From Chara braunii (Eukaryota; Plantae; Charophyceae), in the NCBI GenBank assembly GCA_003427395.1, contig BFEA01000045.1, positions 2,709,592 to 2,773,591 of the forward strand: DNA of 64,000 bases, in the 5' to 3' direction. Position numbers and translations under genes: made by a program. Shown here one piece after another: positions 35,412-47,789 of the stretch. The notes beneath the pieces were generated by a model that did not search any database, was not told the DNA's origin, and worked only from the letters and a program-made list of their open reading frames with translations. Each line of letters opens with the position of its first letter. The first letter of the stretch is position 1.

Positions 35412-38400
35412 CAGGTGGCTTCTTCGATGTGCAGATGCCTAACGGACGCTGGGACTTCACTCAGGCCAGATATCTACTGATTCGCGATACTACGGACGAG
35501 GAGCTGATCCGGTGAGTGGAGCGATTATTACTGGTTCGAGATGGAGCGCCCACGCGGTGGATTGGTTTTATCGGCCTGCTCAGTGGTGGGCAGGAATTTT
35601 TTCCTAACTCGAGCGCAGATGTTTGCGCCAATGTGCCCCGACTTCCAGACGAGGTTCATGGATATACCTTGTACTTTCATCATGCGAGCAACCTCCAATG
35701 CCTTTCTCGGGTCATTGTGAGCGTCAAAATTACCCTATCCGGGAAGTGCTATGACTTCGTCCGGATTAAGGACACCACGACCACACACCTGTTTCGGATG
35801 CGTCAGCCGTTCCGCGCCATAGTCTGGAAGCTCGCCTCACGGATGACTTATCTCTATGATACGTAGAAGGTTCAAGTCTCGCGAGGTGGACGCGTCTCCA
35901 CCTTGACTTTTGACGACGAGGAGCTTACGCGACTCGACCGGTTAGAGGCTGAGGCCTGTGAGGGCCGACAGGTTTATCCCGACCAAGCGCACCCTCTTGA
36001 ATCAGGTGCCACTGCTAGTTGTCCTCATAGTAGGGTCACATCCACGTGACTCTACAGGGGTAATAATAACAAAATAAACAACAATCTTGTGTAGGTAGGC
36101 CAACCGGATGGATAGTATCTGGATCGCCCCGATGATAACACTATCATGCTTATGCATTGAGGGGTAATCGATCATTTAAATATAAACTGAGTAAATCGAA
36201 GAATGAATATTTGAAAAGGTGTTGATCGGGACAATGAGGACAAAGTAACAGAAGACGAAACAGTCCCACGCCAAGCAGCCTGGTGTTGGCGATGGCTACT
36301 TCGTCATTCGTGAAACAGAGAGAGTAATTATCACTTAGGGGGACAAAGCGACTAACGAAATTACACTCGCCCCTCCAAGTAGGTATACGTGGTACGGAAG
36401 CGTGGTCGAACCGAGAGTTCAAACATCGACCAGAGCCAGATCACTTGTGATCTGCATGGTATCATCGGTATTTACTTGTAGAAGTTGTGCGCGACAGACT
36501 TACCTATCGTGCCGTGTGCTGCTCGCCCGAAAGACGACGACGATGAAGGGGCACGTACCTGATCAAGTGCGCAGTTAGAAATAGCAGGTGCGTGGTTATC
36601 CTAGTGCATGGGAAATGTATGAACCTGACCGGGCATTTGCCTGGGTGCTTTGGTTAGAGAGTAGGAAGAGTCGCAGAGTAAGGACGATGGCGTTTTGGGT
36701 GTCGCGGGTTGCATCAAAAAGGGGAAAAACACGTACGGAGAGAGAGATTGGCCTACCTTGATCGATAAGGAGTACATACTTGGCTGTGGTGATGATCTAT
36801 GAGGTCGGCACCTTCATGCACGTTGGTTATGCTGACGTTAGCAAGCTGCTTCGCCGTTCGTAGATGGGATAGACTGACTGTGTGGTCGTAAGCCTGGGCG
36901 CTGAGTACAAGAGAGGGGACCGGCTCAATCCACATTTTGGAGGTGATGGTGCATGGTTGTTCCTAGCCGGTGGAAGTGGCCATTCCATTCCGTCAACGAG
37001 CGAGATCCAGCCTGCTAAGTAGCTACGCAGGGACCTTTCCTCATGACGAACTTCTTAGGGAGTTGTCAGACGGCTAGCCAACGGAAGAGCGAGGGGTGAT
37101 AGATCAGGAGCTCCCTAACCTCGCCGCTGCTGTTGCGGAAGTCGGGCTGTGATAGCAGGATATTGCCTTCGTCCGAACTTAAGTAAGAGTGGCCATGGAT
37201 CTTTGACCTCCAATCGATTACAGAGCACGCTGCGTGGTACTGTATGCAGAGATTGTATCTGTCTCTGGGTGCTACCAACGCTGTGTGTCTAGAGCATCGT
37301 TAGCCACCATGTAACTTGGTCGTTGCCGTATCTTTTTACTGCTCCATTGTTGTGCGTCCTACGGGTTACTTCGGCTGTGTAATTGCGACAACAGCTACTG
37401 CGGTTGCTGTTTGAGCTCCGCTGCTGTGTTCGTCTATGGTTACCACATACCGTTTGGGTAAACTGCGCGCCCATCCGGCTAGGTTGTGTAGAGTTGAGTT
37501 GGTCAAGGCTAGGGGCACTGCAGCTTGGAGGTGTGGCTGGGCTTGTCGAAGGTCGCTATTACGATCAGCGGGTCATTTGGAAAGCGAACAGCTGGTGGGC
37601 TGGTTGTAGTCAACCAAGCAGTTGTGCGTTTGGCCGCTGTTGCACCCGTTTGTAGCTCCACAGCTGTGCGCGCTACTTCTCATTACAGTTGGGTGCTCTA
37701 CTACGGCGGTTGTGGGGCTTGTTGCGGGCTGCTGCTGAGGCTTGCTGCAAAATTAAAGTTGTAATGGTGATTGGGCTACTCTTGGCTCTGCGGTATAAAA
37801 CGCACTGCAAGTGCCCGTGTTAAAGTTGTTGTATTCTTACATTGCAGCAGCTACGTGTTTAGTTGTTGGTCGGTATATTGCCCCACCAGACAAAGGAGCA
37901 GAGGGGAACAAGCTGATACAAGAAACGAGAAACCGCTGAGGCGGCTATGACAGATCGGGTGTTGACTGCTGCTGTTGCGATGTGAAGCTTACTGTCACGC
38001 AATACTTCCCGCTGCGAATTGCTGAGGATCGCCACGTACAGTTTGGTGGTGCTAGCTGCTGTAGTTGGGCTTGCTAGCTGCTATAGTGGTACTCGCTTTA
38101 CTGTTAACTTTGGTGATACCGTAGGTGCAGCTGTGTCTCACGGCGCCCTGTTGCTACACACGGCGGCCTGCGCACATTGAGCTGGGAGGGTTGGTGCGTT
38201 CATTGTGAAGGGGGGCTGTTACTGCGGTTTGGGAGTTCGTCAGGGGAACTCGGCTCCTCAGTTGGACTTTGGGGTTGACCAAGCTGTTACACTTGGCCAC
38301 CATTGTGGGGCCCTCAGGCGTTGAAGATGTGAAGGCCTTCTCACGCGAGTCTGAGTGCGCCCCCCTTGTACCTGAGAGACTCAAACTTCCTCTTTCTGCC

Positions 38401-38824
38401 TTTTTTACTCTAAGTTTAGTCTATTGGCTCTGAGAGGAAGGCGGCAGGCGGGATTGCAACCCGTAATCCGCGCCAAGGCCTCTGTGGGAGGTTTGCCCCA
38501 CCGATTGCGGGAGCTCTGCCGGAACTCAAGAGGAGTTCTGGAGGCAGGGAACTCAGAGGTAATCATTGCTTTCCCTTATAAACCCAGTATAACCCCTATT
38601 TATACATCTCCCTATGTATTGGTTGAATGTATTGCATGCACCCCTACTTTGACTTTTTGGGGCTGACCTTCAGGATATAAATCAGACTAAGTAAAGGAAT
38701 GTATGTACAAAGGCAGTTTCAGTTCTTTGTTTGTCTGAAAGCAGATTGTCATATGGGGTTGCATCAGGGGGGGGGGAGGTTGGGAGGAAGGCAGTTTTGC
38801 TTGTGCTTGAACGGGTCTTATAGG

Positions 38825-39262
38825 GTCAGACATTGTTTCTAAGATGAATGGGATGACTGTTGTGTTTTGTTCTGTTTTCTGAAGGATCAAGCATTGTTTC
38901 TAGGACGAATGACTTGGTTGCTGTGTTTATTTAATTGCGCCAGGCATTGTTTCTAAGATGAATGGTCTGGCTACTTATATTGTGGGGTATCAATTGCTTG
39001 AATTTTAAGGGTCAGACATTGTTTCTAAGACGAATAGTCTGGTCGTTGTTTATTTTAGGTGGTTTCTGAACAGTCTCTGGGTCTTGGCCCAGGGTACTCT
39101 ACCTTTTTATGTGCTGAGAAAAAGGGGTTGAGCATTGTTTCTAAGACGAATGGCTCGACTCTTTTTTATTGTTTTATTCTGAGGGGGGTTCAGGCCAAAG
39201 GACTAGACATTGTTTTATTCTGAGGGAGGTTCAGGTTTCTATATAAGATGAATGGTCTAAGT
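38825..39262 (+). repeat. Irregular tandem repeat with core CATTGTTTCTAAGA(T/C)GAATGG, about 5-6 copies
   Basis: Core seen at about 38831, 38892, 38945, 39017 and 39133. Confidence 0.75.
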
Positions 39263-39308
39263 CTGAGGCAACAAGACTATAACGAGAACAAAGGAATAAG
39301 ATTCTTTA

Positions 39309-39369
<61 letters not shown>

Positions 39370-39659
39370 NNNNNNNNNNNNNNNNNNNNNNNNNNNNNNN
39401 NNNNNNNNNNNNNNNNNNNNNNNNNNNNNNNNNNNNNNNNNNNNNNNNNNNNNNNNNNNNNNNNNNNNNNNNNNNNNNNNNNNNNNNNNNNNNNNNNNNN
39501 NNNNNNNNNNNNNNNNNNNNNNNNNNNNNNNNNNNNNNNNNNNNNNNNNNNNNNNNNNNNNNNNNNNNNNNNNNNNNNNNNNNNNNNNNNNNNNNNNNNN
39601 NNNNNNNNNNNNNNNNNNNNNNNNNNNNNNNNNNNNNNNNNNNNNNNNNNNNNNNNNNN

Positions 39660-40260
39660 AATAAACTAAACAACATTTGCCTCAACGTTACATCCAAATT
39701 CTTTACCAAACTTGAAATAAAAATAAAATACTAAAAATAAATAATAATAATGACAATTAGAAAACATAAAACGAGAATGAAATTATTGAGTGGGCGAGCA
39801 CGTTTTTTACATCGCCATCTTTGGCGATTTTTCATTTTGTTTGGGCTGTGAAAAATGCAATAAAAATTTATATATGTGTATATTACATAATAAAGAATCT
39901 ACAAACAAAGTTAGAAAAAATAATCATTTTGTTCATGCCCCGAAATAAAGGAAAAACAAAAAGTGAAAAGAGAAAAAAAACAAATTAGTGAGTGGGCAAG
40001 CAAGTTTTGACACCACCATTTTTGCCGATTTTTCATTTTGTTTTGGCTAAGCAGAATGGCTTCAAAATTTAGAGGGAGGTACCTTACATCACAAAAGAAC
40101 TCACACAAAAAAACTCCCAAAAAAATAACAATATTTAGGTGCTAAAATATTTTTTTGCGGGGTCCGAACCCCTTCAGGTTCGGGCCCCGTACGAGGACCC
40201 GAACGCCCGAACGTTCGGGGTCAGCTTAGGGGCCTCCGTACGTTAGGTCTGGCAACCCTA
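39660..40260. mobile_element. One end of a probable non-autonomous hAT-like DNA transposon inserted in (TA)n
   Basis: Ends TCTGGCAACCCTA (reverse complement TAGGGTTGCCAGA, a hAT-Blackjack-like TIR), followed by TATATATA. (TA)n also precedes the gap (39314-39369). Subterminal CCGAAC/GTTCGG repeats and an internal ~65-bp duplication (39781/39983). The other TIR would lie in the gap. Confidence 0.5.
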
Positions 40261-40489
40261 TATATATATTGTTTTAACCCTCGTGTTTTTTATTGTTTGT
40301 TAAGGTTTCACCCTGACTTTTATTGAATGGTCATTTAACAAAGGTGTTGAGTATTTAATTATGGTTGGTTGGACAGAAGGTTGGGGTCTGCATGGTTAAA
40401 GCGAGGGGTATGAGTATAGAGAGTGGTTGGGGTTGACTCCGTATAGTGCATGGGAGAGATTTAGGCATTTAGAGATTGGCAGGACTAGT

Positions 40490-40590
40490 TCTACATTAGG
40501 TCCGGGCTGCCGGTTCTGACATCAGGTCCGGGCTGCCAGTTCTGATATGAGGTCCGGGCTGCCGGTTCTGACATTAGGGTCGGGCTGCCT
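40490..40590 (+). repeat. ~26-bp tandem repeat AGGTCCGGGCTGCCGGTTCTGACAT, 4 copies, upstream of gag
   Basis: Directly visible. Confidence 0.85.
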
Positions 40591-40653
40591 GTTCGTGGGG
40601 TAAGGACAGCAGACTCTCGATACAAACTCAAGCCAGAAACGGGAGTGAAGTGT

Positions 40654-43600
40654 ATGGTGGCTGACACGATGGGACCACATTTGGACGAGGAACAACAGAC
40701 CATTGTGTACCGAGCATCACCGGATCGTGCTCTGCGAGACCTCAAGGAGCGTATCCGATAGAACGCTCCATTGAGATGTGTAGAGCAACCCGACGATGGG
40801 GAGCCAGAGGTGATGGTATGTCCGGTCATTGGAGAACCAAGCAAGGCCGCCACGGTGGTACGAATGAAGAGTCGAACTGAGCCTCCGAGTTTTCGGCGAG
40901 AGTCGACTGTTCGAAGCTCACCTACGTACGAACGAAGAGATGCTAGAGGTGACCGAGGCAGGGATGACTGGAGGGACCAGTACATCCGGGAGCAGCTCTG
41001 GAGAGACAGAGAGAGAGCCACACCGCCCAGGCAGATCTATGATCCTCAGACGGGCGATTCATATTCCCTACCTTATGAGAGGAGGGATAGGTACATCATC
41101 TCGCACCAACCTTCGGAGTTCGACACCAGACCCCTCATTTTCAAAGGATACGGTATCACCGAGTATCTCGAGAAGTGGGAGCTGCACGCATACCGTAGTC
41201 AATGGTCGGAGGACGAATTCATAGATAACTTCTTGTTTAATACGGACCCGAGCTTGAGTCAAGTGATTAAAGAAGCCCGACCGAAAGATAGACGATGGAC
41301 TACCTACAAGGCCAGCCTCTACGAGCTTTTTAAACTGGAGGATGCCAGGAGCTGATGACTCAGGGTGAGGATGAGAGTGTTCAGGTCTTTGGGAGGCGAT
41401 TCCAGAAGATATCTGATGCCCTTATTGCGAAAGGGAAGCTGTCGGAGGTCGAGAGATGCACTATCTTCATCGGTCGACTGCCTAGAGGGAAGCATAAGGG
41501 AGTACTGAGGGAGATGCCTTATGATAAGTTAGACTTTGTCGCGGTACTCCAGTTGGCAATGAACGCTGAGGCCGATGACTACAAGGATTTAGTCTGGAGA
41601 GGAATGCAGCGGCGGATAGGTGTCCAGACTTCAACGATCAGCCTTGGGCAGAGCGGCGGTATTTGATGGACAGGGATAGACCACAACGAACGAGAGACAG
41701 AGAGACGGTGATAGACGAAGTGAGAGAAATGAGAGAAATGATGAAGGGGTTGGCCAGACAAATGACCAATATCGAGACAAAGACGGGAGCCACCACTTAT
41801 CGGGACAAGCCAGGGTCCCCCTATTCATTGCGATGGGACCGCAGGAACACCGACCCGTGGAGGAGCATCGAGGATAGAAACCCTCGCACACTAGCGGACT
41901 ATCGCGCGAGAGAAAGGGACGATGATGCCTGGCGACGTAGGCATGACGACATTGACAGAGACCGCCGGGGTGACAGGTATCGGGATTCTTTTAGCCGAGG
42001 GGGAAGACTGGAACAGTATCCACGCAGTCCCAGATATGGAGGGAACATGTACGGATACCGAAGCCCAGACAATTTTAACTCGAGGGACAGAGACGACTCC
42101 CGCGGCAGATGGGAATCGGACAGGGACCGATATCGTGGCGGTTACAAGAGGACAGAGCGAGGCGGAGGTCGCCGGGAAGACCCGCGCGGGCAGTATGATC
42201 GAGGAGGATATNNNNNNNNNNNNNNNNNNNNNNNNNNNNNNNNNNNNNNNNNNNNNNNNNNNNNNNNNNNNNNNNNNNNNNNNNNNNNNNNNNNNNNNNN
42301 NNNNNNNNNNNNNNNNNNNNNNNNNNNNNNNNNNNNNNNNNNNNNNNNNNNNNNNNNNNNNNNNNNNNNNNNNNNNNNNNNNNNNNNNNNNNNNNNNNNN
42401 NNNNNNNNNNNNNNNNNNNNNNNNNNNNNNNNNNNNNNNNNNNNNNNNNNNNNNNNNNNNNNNNNNNNNNNNNNNNNNNNNNNNNNNNNNNNNNNNNNNN
42501 NNNNNNNNNNNNNNNNNNNNNNNNNNNNNNNNNNNNNNNNNNNNNNNNNNNNNNNNNNNNNNNNNNNNNNNNNNNNNNNNNNNNNNNNNNNNNNNNNNNN
42601 NNNNNNNNNNNNNNNNNNNNNNNNNNNNNNNNNNNNNNNNNNNNNNNNNNNNNNNNNNNNNNNNNNNNNNNNNNNNNNNNNNNNNNNNNNNNNNNNNNNN
42701 NNNNNNNNNNNNNNNNNNNNNNNNNNNNNNNNNNNNNNNNNNNNNNNNNNNNNNNNNNNNNNNNNNNNNNNNNNNNNNNNNNNNNNNNNNNNNNNNNNNN
42801 NNNNNNNNNNNNNNNNNNNNNNNNNNNNNNNNNNNNNNNNNNNNNNNNNNNNNNNNNNNNNNNNNNNNNNNNNNNNNNNNNNNNNNNNNNNNNNNNNNNN
42901 NNNNNNNNNNNNNNNNGAAGAGGGACTGTCCTGACCTCAGGCGGGCTATAGATGAAGGACTTGTCGTGCTTGATGATCGTAAGTACGTCAAGTGGGCAGA
43001 TGACATCGGCGACGTGTCGATGTTCCCTTCGATGAAGGAGAACGTTGAAGCCAGGCATGTACGATCAAGCAAGGGTAAAGAAGTGGCAAGGAGCCAGAGT
43101 TTGCGGATGAGTTTGCCTTCCGATGACGGGGCGCCTGCGACACCTATACGGGTAGCAGCGACTAAGTCCGCAAGGGGGTCTTCCTCTAAGAAGACTGATA
43201 CTGATTATGTGATGGCAGAGAAAGATGGGCAGAGGATTGAAGGAAAGGAAGTTATACTTTCGTCGCGCAAGCGCGGAGCCCGGGAGTTTACTATGAAGAG
43301 CACATTGGATGATATAGATACGGTGGAGCCTCTCAGACGCGCGCTTAGGCAACCGATGCAGTGCACAATACTTGAATACTTGGCGGCTTCGAGACCTGCG
43401 CGAGATGAGCTACATATGATCACGCGCAAGACGCGCATTCCTCTGGGAGACGAAGTCCAGATGACTTCCAAACCAGAGGTACCCTCCGTGGCAGTATCGG
43501 GAGTGTGCGCTAAGGCAGAACGCGCAGCGACAGTATATTTGGATGAGATGGAAGGCGTGCCTCCTGACAAGTTTTACATTTTAGGGAGTGGGACAGTAGA

Positions 43601-43804
43601 GACCATCCTCAATGACGAGGTAGTCCTCCATGGGGTGATTGATAATGGTAGCGAAGCTGTCATCATAGATGAGGAGCTCGCAGTGCGATTGGGGTTGGAC
43701 CTCGACAGGTCTTACCTGTTCGAGATCGAGACAGTCGATGGACGAACGTAGAAGATCTTCGGGGTTTGTCACAAGGAGGCCATTGAGGTCGAAGGGTTGC
43801 GCGT
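40654..43804 (+). pseudogene. gag: Gag-protease of the second Gypsy element, interrupted at 43804
   Basis: ATG at 40654 is in frame with 40771-41355. Gag-like FKGYGITEYLEKWELHAYRSQW; RD/RG-rich region; end of a zinc knuckle (KRDCPDL) after the gap; protease GVIDNGSEAVII. Coding is lost at the TGTCGC junction. Confidence 0.88.
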
Positions 43805-46423
43805 TGTCGCTGGGCGCAATTTTGCATCTCACGGAAGATGCGTTTTCAGCAATATCCGAGAGAGTGTCCCATTTCTGAGTGACCGCGACCAACTCTCAGG
43901 GATTGGGAGTGTCACTCGCATTTGGATCTAAGTAGAGAGTGTCTGAGTGTGTGGGCGCGCGGTTTTAAGGTGCACATGATGTTGTTCTTATTGATGTTAT
44001 AGAGCCTGCGTTTCGCCGGTCAAGCTTAAGACTAAGCATTTTTTCTTCTTGTTGTTCTGACCACGATGTGCTTGCGCTTATGTGGGAGAACGACGTCGAC
44101 GACGGTGTTGCCCTTGGACAGTAATAGGAGTGTGAGGGAGTAGAACAGCGGCAGGGCCGTCGCGCGGTACGTACGAGTCTCAACGACCGTGGGATTAGTC
44201 GGTAAGTAGGAAGAGTGATATTAGAGTGTTTAGCTGCTTTAGCGGACCTACATGCGTAGCGGTACCCGTTTATTTGGGTTTTCGCTAGTATTAAACTCAG
44301 TGTTGGGACTATTGGTTACGGCAATGGATTTTCAAAGCGGAGGTACGGGGATCGAGGACAACAATTGGCCGCGATGGAGCGTTGGAGCAGTTAAAGGTAT
44401 CGAGGGGTTGAGGGCCCGGCGATGCTATCCCCCCTTGTTGCCGGCCCATTCGTGGGCCCGGTCGACGAAACTGAAGAGGGGCGCTGACGGTCTTCCCCAA
44501 AGCGCGAGTTTCCGAGGCTGATAATTTGTTTTTACTTTTATTTTTTTCTTTACTTATTTTAGTTGCCGGTCCTGTTTCTGGGACGAGGCACCAGTTTTTG
44601 TACCAAGGTAGTTTCGGGGACCAGCGAGTGTAGCTCAACTGATACACCCATGAACTCTGGAAACTCGGGCCAAGGAGTCAGCGTATGTGTCCACAGATGG
44701 GTGCGTAGCCAACGAGGCGGAAGAAGTCGAGTGGCGGGAACCTCCTGCAGGTCCACCGTCCACCAACCACGATCGGTTGTGTGAGGTTTGAGTATGAGCA
44801 TGCCCGGTTGGGGCCCAAAAGGTGGACTGTGTCGGGGCACAGTAAGGCGGGCGCACCGGGGCGGAGGCCGCAGCAACACTGACCCTGTCCAACTGTGTGC
44901 CTGGGACCCGTTCCATTCGACCTTCGAAGTTCTCATACGAATATTTGCTTACTACCACCAAGATCTGCAACGGGGCTTGCTTCACCCGGGATCGGGCTGC
45001 AGGCTTTGCAGCGGGCCCCGCGCCCTCCTGCTCTTCACGACGGCTGAGTATAGGCCGCATGCCTCAGCCCCATTTGTTTTCGGGACTGATTGATTCGGCA
45101 TGAGAAGTTGGCGCTCGCTGCTTAGCGGATTTCGACGTTCATGAGCACCGGGCATGCCGTCTATATCAACCAGCGCCATCGGTGGTGTCTGGATTAGCGC
45201 GCAGCTCAGTACCGGCCGGGGCACGGTCGAGCGAGGCCAGAGGAACAACGGTGGAGGCCCACAGCGATATTGCAGTGCACATCGTCTGTCGAACTTGGGA
45301 GGGGGCCGCAGCGATACTGGCGAGTGAATCGTTCGTCAGACTTGGGTATAGGGGCGAAATCGATCCGTCTTATAGTTGATTCCCTTCGGAGTTCTCCTCA
45401 AGATAGCGGAGCTAGCGGACGCTGCGCTGTGGAGCGGAGCCGATATCAATGAGGGAGGGCGGAAAGAGCAATCGGGGAAATAGGTGGGAGGATTCGAATG
45501 AACCTAGACGGCGGTCTGCGCTAGGTGCATCCGAAAACGAAGAAGAAGACGATGACGACGGTGACGGAGATGGTGAACACGACCGGGGGGAAGACGACGT
45601 CTCACTGGTTGCTTAATGAGATCGAGCGAAAGGATAGCATAGGTGGGGGATTTCAAGGCTGGCGACACTAATTTCGAGGTTAGAATTAGTAAGAGTTAGT
45701 AAAGAAAGAAGTTAGTAAGAAAAAGGTGTGCGCCGAGATGTCGAGAAGGAGAGCTATCGCGCGAGGAAGAAAGTCTATCTCGTTCGTTCCTTAACGAAAT
45801 CAGACGAGGTAGGATGTTAGATGGAGGTTTTGTCCCATTGCGAGTCAGATGGTAGAGTTAGATTTAGAATAGAGTTAGTAGTTTAGCCGTATCAGAAAAA
45901 CGGGGTGCGCGAATGTGGCGGGAGTGCAGCTATGGCAGAAGGCGAAATTTCAATATTTTGCTCGATTCTCTATAGAATCGAATGAACTAAGAGCGGATTC
46001 CGGGGTTCTAGGACCTCGCGAAACGATCTATAAAGTCAGATCAATGAGGCGGGGGGCGGAAATTGCAGCACGAGCAAGAGGAGCTGCGCCCACTGCGAGA
46101 AAAGTGAAGATCTGTATCTGACCGTGTTTTGGCGAAAGATTCATTTGAAGTTTTGCTCATTCAATCGATGGAAGTACCGTGAAGAGAGCCGCAGGTTGGA
46201 TACTTACCTGTTGGCCGATGCATTGCTCATCCTGATCGACGGCTTATTCATCCTGACTTAGCTGCCCCCTTGTATATTGCGAGTATATTCAGGTTCTGGA
46301 CTGATTGAACATGGCTGCGCTGATGGCCAGGTGCATTCAGGCAAAGAAGAGAGAGAGTCTAAGAGTAAATCGGCAGAGAGAAAGAGCCCAAACGAGGGAG
46401 AAGCAGACATTATCAGAGAGATG

Positions 46424-46454
<31 letters not shown>

Positions 46455-46977
46455 GGAAAGAAAAGGAACGTACCTGGCGTGAGAAGCTGGCATCAGGCGA
46501 TGTATCTTCCCATGTTCTAGGGAAGAGTCATCCTTGTCGCTTACTCCAACCATCCAACCAGCACAACGGAATAGGGAGGCACGTATGGTGATATATCTTC
46601 CTATGTTTTTTTTGGAAGGCCCCTTCGCATATTGCACGCTGGCAGGCTGCTCAGTTGGTCCAGGCGGTTGCTCCCCAGAGTGGACTTGGAGGAGAGTAGA
46701 CGAATCTGGCCGAGAGGATGACCAGATGTGTCAGATGACGGATGATAGTTAATAAGTACGAGTTAGAAAGGGAAAAAAAGAGATACTCACTTGGCTGATG
46801 CGGTTGTCTTTGCTCGGTTTTCTGCACGGCATTGCGATGTACTTCCTCTCGATCTAGGGGAAGGTTCGTTCTGAATTTATACAGTCAGGCAGCGACACTG
46901 CAGTAGAGGGGCAATGTTGCGGCCGGCAAGGTTCGTTCTGAATCAGGCAGCGACACTGTAGTAGACGGGCAATGTTG
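43805..46977 (-). mobile_element. LTR-like insertion into the protease region, probably reverse orientation; far end not seen
   Basis: TGTCGC follows GCGT; its reverse complement GCGACA resembles the 3' end of the 8152 insertion. Minus-strand donor-like sites at about 46207, 46473 and 46790. Orientation is inferred. Confidence 0.55.
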
Positions 46978-47197
46978 CACGCCCGGCCGCGGCCGGGGGG
47001 GTCAAGTCGGCCGCGGCCTCGGCCGTCGGCCAAATCGGCCGGGTTCGGCCACGGCCGACCAGCCAAGTTTGGCGCAACAATTTTTTTCCCGTATTTTAGT
47101 GCACAAAAAAAAATATATATATATATGGGCTTGTAGGGTTAAAAAAAACCTACACGCCCATAATTTTTTTTGGGGCATTGTTGTTTTCCATTGCGTA

Positions 47198-47245
<48 letters not shown>

Positions 47246-47789
47246 GGAGGGTAGAANNNNNNNNNNNNNNNNNNNNNNNNNNNNNNNNNNNNNNNNNNNN
47301 NNNNNNNNNNNNNNNNNNNNNNNNNNNNNNNNNNNNNNNNNNNNNNNNNNNNNNNNNNNNNNNNNNNNNNNNNNNNNNNNNNNNNNNNNNNNNNNNNNNN
47401 NNNNNNNNNNNNNNNNNNNNNNNNNNNNNNNNNNNNNNNNNNNNNNNNNNNNNNNNNNNNNNNNNNNNNNNNNNNNNNNNNNNNNNNNNNNNNNNNNNNA
47501 AAAAAAAGCGGGAAAACCCGCTTTCGCCCGCGCAACTTCAGCGTGGTGGGGTGTGTGTGTGTGTTCATGTGTGTGTGTGTGTGTGTCGAAGTGCCATATG
47601 CAACCATAGCAACCCATTCATGGGAATCTCCATTAGCCATAGATATACCATTAGTTCTGCAGGCAGTAGGATTACATACCTCGTCATCCTGGAGCCGCAA
47701 CCGTCTCTCCTCGTCCGCATCTGCTGGCAAACCAAGCACACACTTTTATGCATAAAGAAGATAAGTACAGCAAGGAGGAGGAGGAAGAA

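Larger units (their letters stand above)
30993..40653 (+). mobile_element. LTR and 5' region of a second Gypsy element inserted in the satellite; LTR end not located
   Basis: TGTCGGGG starts abruptly mid-monomer after TCGT; TATA-like CTATAAAAG near 33070; a gag-like frame starts at 40654. That this whole span is one element is inferred. Confidence 0.6.

Noticed and set aside
40655-40675. TGGTGGCTGACACG as a primer binding site (also TGGTATATCTG at 34861)
   Set aside because: Not preceded by a CA LTR end and no tRNA 3' match that I can identify; the first overlaps the gag ATG frame.
46200-46210. ATACTTACCTG, identical to the 5' end of U1 snRNA (similar at 32281)
   Set aside because: No downstream U1 stem-loops or Sm site; better explained as minus-strand CAG|GTAAGT donors.
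47587-47789. Weak resemblance to the PLE 3' region at 49810-49875 (ATGGGAAT..CTCCAT..TTAGCCA)
   Set aside because: Only short words that need large gaps; not distinguishable from chance by eye.
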